Assembly: GCA_937927435.1 (NCBI GenBank) | Contig: CALBDW010000166.1 | Location: 416-64,415, forward strand | Length of the DNA: 64,000 nt | DNA from: an uncultured Bdellovibrionales bacterium | GTDB taxonomy: Bacteria; Bdellovibrionota; Bdellovibrionia; Bdellovibrionales; JAMPXM01 | Reading direction: 5' to 3' | Part shown: one piece after another, positions 61,698-64,000 of the stretch | How the letters are laid out: each line of letters opens with the position of its first letter | How positions within the stretch are numbered: the stretch's first letter is position 1 | Program-made: the position numbers and the translations under genes | The notes under the pieces: model-generated | Database searches by the model: none | Seen by the model: the letters and a program-made list of their open reading frames with translations, nothing else | What the model was told of the DNA's origin: nothing

Positions 61698-62653
61698 AAG
61701 TTGAGGCGGCCGGAAATTTGGAATCCGGCCGCATTGTCTACGGTGACGGCCTCTGAATGTCGGTCGGCGATCGAGCGGCCCAGCATAAACCGGCGATCGA
61801 AGGTCCAGACGTAGCCGAGCGAAAGGCTGCCGTTTTTCCCAAAGAAGGCTTTCAAACCCGCGGCCGCGTCTTTGCGATCGAAGATCAAGCGGTCGTCACT
61901 TCTCTCGACGAGGTTTTGGTAGGATTTCGGTCTCCACCCGGCGTTCGCATAGATCAGAAGAGGTCCCCAGAATCGGTAGGAGACTTCGCCTGAAACGAAA
62001 AACGGAGAGGTCGCAAGACTCATGTATACAGGATCCCAGCGCCAGAGGCCGAAGAAAAACGGCACGCCAAGAACGATGAAATACGATTGCTCTTTAATGA
62101 CATACGCGACACCCGGAATCGGAATGTGGTTCAACAGCACGCGGTTATTCGAGTAGTTAAGAAAGAAGAACCATGAGCGGTTTTTCGAAGAGGCGACTTC
62201 GGCCGTAAAGGTCGCGTTGAGAATCGGAGTTAAGCCGCTGTCGAGAAGCCGGCGACCGGCGGAGCCGTAAGTCACCGAGAGACTGCGACTGCTTCCATCA
62301 GGAATTCGTTTGAACCAGCTTATACCCGCTTCGGCGGTTCCAAATTCTTCGGGTGTTTCGACGTTGCGGTCTTTGAAAACCAGTTTTTCACCGAGCAGGG
62401 TGCGCGTCCCGCGGAAGATGAAGCTGTACGTTGACCCCTCTTCGTTTTTGTACAAGGGAAGAGCGAAGAATGCTCTTTGCTCCTCAGTGTAGAAATTTGG
62501 TCGGGAACTCGCCGCCGAGGTGGTTTGGTGGTCGACAGCAAGAACGGTTCGGCCGTCTCCATCACCGCCGACAAATGGAATTTCTTGAGCTTGCGTCACC
62601 AATGGCCAGATGGAAGCGATGATAAGACTGAGGGCCGGAGCGGCTTTTAGCAT
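61694..62653 (-). CDS. Putative outer-membrane beta-barrel protein
   Basis: ATG 62653 (MLKAAPALSLIIASIWPLVTQAQE signal peptide). Alternating strand pattern and terminal ..ISGRLNF with a C-terminal Phe. The ORF-track N-terminal extension is a translation of the tRNA gene. Confidence 0.55.
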   Translation of the reverse strand: MLKAAPALSLIIASIWPLVTQAQEIPFVGGDGDGRTVLAVDHQTTSAASSRPNFYTEEQRAFFALPLYKNEEGSTYSFIFRGTRTLLGEKLVFKDRNVETPEEFGTAEAGISWFKRIPDGSSRSLSVTYGSAGRRLLDSGLTPILNATFTAEVASSKNRSWFFFLNYSNNRVLLNHIPIPGVAYVIKEQSYFIVLGVPFFFGLWRWDPVYMSLATSPFFVSGEVSYRFWGPLLIYANAGWRPKSYQNLVERSDDRLIFDRKDAAAGLKAFFGKNGSLSLGYVWTFDRRFMLGRSIADRHSEAVTVDNAAGFQISGRLNF

Positions 62654-62676
62654 GAAGTTCCTTGAAGAGAAAAATT

Positions 62677-62752
62677 TGGAGCGGCAAACGGGACTCGAAC
62701 CCGCGACCCTCAGCTTGGGAAGCTGATGCTCTACCAACTGAGCTACTGCCGC
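62677..62752 (-). tRNA. tRNA-Gly (anticodon CCC), CCA encoded
   Basis: The reverse complement GCGGCAGTAGCTCAGTTGGTAGAGCATCAGCTTCCCAAGCTGAGGGTCGCGGGTTCGAGTCCCGTTTGCCGCTCCA folds by hand into a 76-nt cloverleaf (7/4/5/5-bp stems, anticodon loop TTCCCAA). Confidence 0.93.
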
Positions 62753-62775
62753 ATGCACGAAGTAGGACTGTTTTT

Positions 62776-62804
62776 TTATAAGTCCGGTGCGACCCCGTAG
62801 TCAA
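62776..62804 (-). promoter_or_regulatory. Sigma70-like promoter for tRNA-Gly
   Basis: On the minus strand: TTGACT (62804-62799), 17-nt spacer, TTATAA (62781-62776). The -10 box ends about 23 nt upstream of the tRNA 5' end. Confidence 0.45.
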
Positions 62805-62857
62805 AACTTTGAATATTTGCGTTATGGCGCACGGGTATATAACGTGGAAGGAGGTAT

Positions 62858-63479
62858 TTACGAAAACGAGAAACCTTGACCAACCGGAGACCGTATGACG
62901 ACAGATTTCCCTTTTCCGATTTCTCTCGCTGTATGGGCCCATGTGATTGGGGGGGCGGCGGCGTTGGGCGCCTTTCTCATCCAAGGCCTGCTCTTTACTG
63001 ACGCCGTATTTCCGCCATGAATGCCCTTTTGTCTTGTAATTATGAAACATCGGAAGAAAACGGTCCAGACCTCGCAGGAAAACAGCTTCGGGACTGTTTC
63101 CGTACTCGAATTCTTGCCAGAGCCGGTAAATTTCCTGAGCGAAGTCGGTGTCTGAAATAGGAGAGAGAAGCTTCTTGAGAGCTTCGCTTTCAGAGGTGTC
63201 TTGGGGATTCTTATCTTTCTCATAGTGAAAGGTGTCGCCGAGCAGCGCTTCCGCCAAGTCATGAAAGAGAGCCATTTTAACTGTCTTCATGACATCAATC
63301 TCATGATTGCTGAATTTGCTTAAGGACAGGACGGACATTGCCAGGGAAAAGCAGTGTTCGGCCGTGCTTTCCTCCCTTTGCCCGCTCATGATCAGGCATT
63401 TACGGTACGTGTGCTTTAAGGCATCGATGTTTTCGATGAACTTAAGGGCGGATTGGAGTTCAAGTCTTTTTTCATCCAT
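62858..63479 (-). pseudogene. HD-domain hydrolase (YfbR-like 5'-nucleotidase family, HD_3 type) with an apparent +1 frame disruption at a C7 tract
   Basis: From ATG 63479: ESTAEHCFSLA...LFHDLAEALLGD. After the G7/C7 run (62949-62955), the annotated frame becomes low-complexity junk and runs through the tRNA and its promoter to 62562. The adjacent frame gives ..PPITWAHTAREIGKGK.. and stops at 62858. Confidence 0.6.
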
Positions 63480-63549
63480 AGGGCGATTTGCCTCGAGTCT
63501 TACGTTCTTTCGCAGATAAAAACGTCCGTGCGGTAGGGGAGAGTAACAG

Positions 63550-63945
63550 TTAATGAGTCCCTCGTAAGCGGATGGCTTGCCCCACCACGAAGGCATCTAA
63601 AGATTGGCTCTCAAGCGGGATGTGTTCGGCGACTCCGTCCAAAATTTCGATCTCGGGTAAGAGCGATGAAAACTTCTTTCTCATACCCTCAACGGGTTCA
63701 ATCGCGATAATCTTTGCTTGGCTCTTCTTGATGAGTTTTGTGAGCTTTCCGGTACCGGCCCCGAGATCGGCCACGACCCTATCGGGACTTAATTCGAGTT
63801 CACGGATTAAACAATCGATGGCGTCGGTGGGATAGTCGGGACGCCCTCTCTCGTAAGATTCGGTTGCAACCTCGAATCCCTTCGCGGCGAACAGGTGAAT
63901 TGGCTCTTCTCGGATTAGTGGATATCGCAACTGGTCAAAATTCAT
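63550..63945 (-). CDS. Class I SAM-dependent methyltransferase, apparently C-terminally truncated (131 aa)
   Basis: Motif I VVADLGAGTGKLT, post-I IIAIEP, motif II/III region LDAFVVGQA, then stops after 8 more codons. Full-length relatives usually continue about 100 aa further. Confidence 0.6.
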   Translation of the reverse strand: MNFDQLRYPLIREEPIHLFAAKGFEVATESYERGRPDYPTDAIDCLIRELELSPDRVVADLGAGTGKLTKLIKKSQAKIIAIEPVEGMRKKFSSLLPEIEILDGVAEHIPLESQSLDAFVVGQAIRLRGTH

Positions 63946-64000
63946 GAGTGAGAAGTGAGCATGAACGGTTCACGTCGGTAAGATTTGGATTAAACAAAAA

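Noticed and set aside
62653-62758. N-terminal extension of the ORF-track protein 61694..62758 (MHAAVAQLVEHQLPKLRVAGSSPV...).
   Set aside because: That peptide is the translation of the tRNA-Gly gene itself. The real CDS starts at ATG 62653 with a normal signal peptide.
62677-64000. A possible genomic island integrated at tRNA-Gly.
   Set aside because: There is no integrase, no direct repeat of the tRNA 3' end, and no clear GC shift. Hand counts of several 60-nt lines gave 45-55% GC, overlapping values from valS. Only two apparently damaged genes support the idea.
1-64000. Search for CRISPR arrays, IS elements/transposases, reverse transcriptases, phage genes, rRNA, tmRNA and RNase P RNA.
   Set aside because: I found no regularly spaced direct repeats, no recognisable transposase/integrase/RT motifs in any listed ORF, and no conserved ncRNA signature sequences. 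The absence is by eye only and should be confirmed with Rfam/ISfinder-type searches.

Overview
A 64-kb, densely coding chromosomal segment of a Gram-negative (diderm) bacterium. I recognise about 62 protein genes and one tRNA (Gly-CCC). I see no rRNA, CRISPR array, transposase, integrase or phage genes. Many genes are joined by 4-nt ATGA start/stop overlaps. Recognisable content: a macAB-tolC efflux operon; an OMF-RND efflux pair; a BigR/Blh-type sulfide (persulfide) detoxification locus; several exported, lipobox-bearing hydrolases and nucleases (lipase, GH25 muramidase, NucA-like and EEP nucleases, SLT); periplasmic peroxide defence (di-haem cytochrome c peroxidase, Bcp) plus Fe-SOD; two SERCA/PMCA-like P-type ATPases; a membrane-stress/ion cluster (htpX, NhaR-like LysR, yqhA, terC, CNNM, yqaA); and housekeeping genes (valS, proC, trmO, mreB paralogue, divIVA). 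DivIVA, an orphan MreB and the many secreted hydrolases suggest a Bdellovibrio-like or deltaproteobacteria-like organism, but that is inference only. The best candidates for undescribed biology are: (1) a translationally coupled three-gene module of a small membrane-anchored protein, a cysteine-free HMA-like protein and a P-type ATPase carrying the same cysteine-free HMA-like N-terminal domain (28859-32563); (2) an XRE-HTH::ABC1/UbiB atypical kinase fusion overlapping an HD phosphohydrolase gene (2350-4525); (3) a persulfide-sensor-type ArsR regulator followed by an OMF-RND pair with no adaptor gene (13183-18172); (4) a STAS-like protein with a C-terminal zinc ribbon (41045-41539). An HD-hydrolase gene beside the tRNA appears frameshifted at a G7/C7 tract. 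All function calls come from reading motifs in the supplied translations. No database search was possible.
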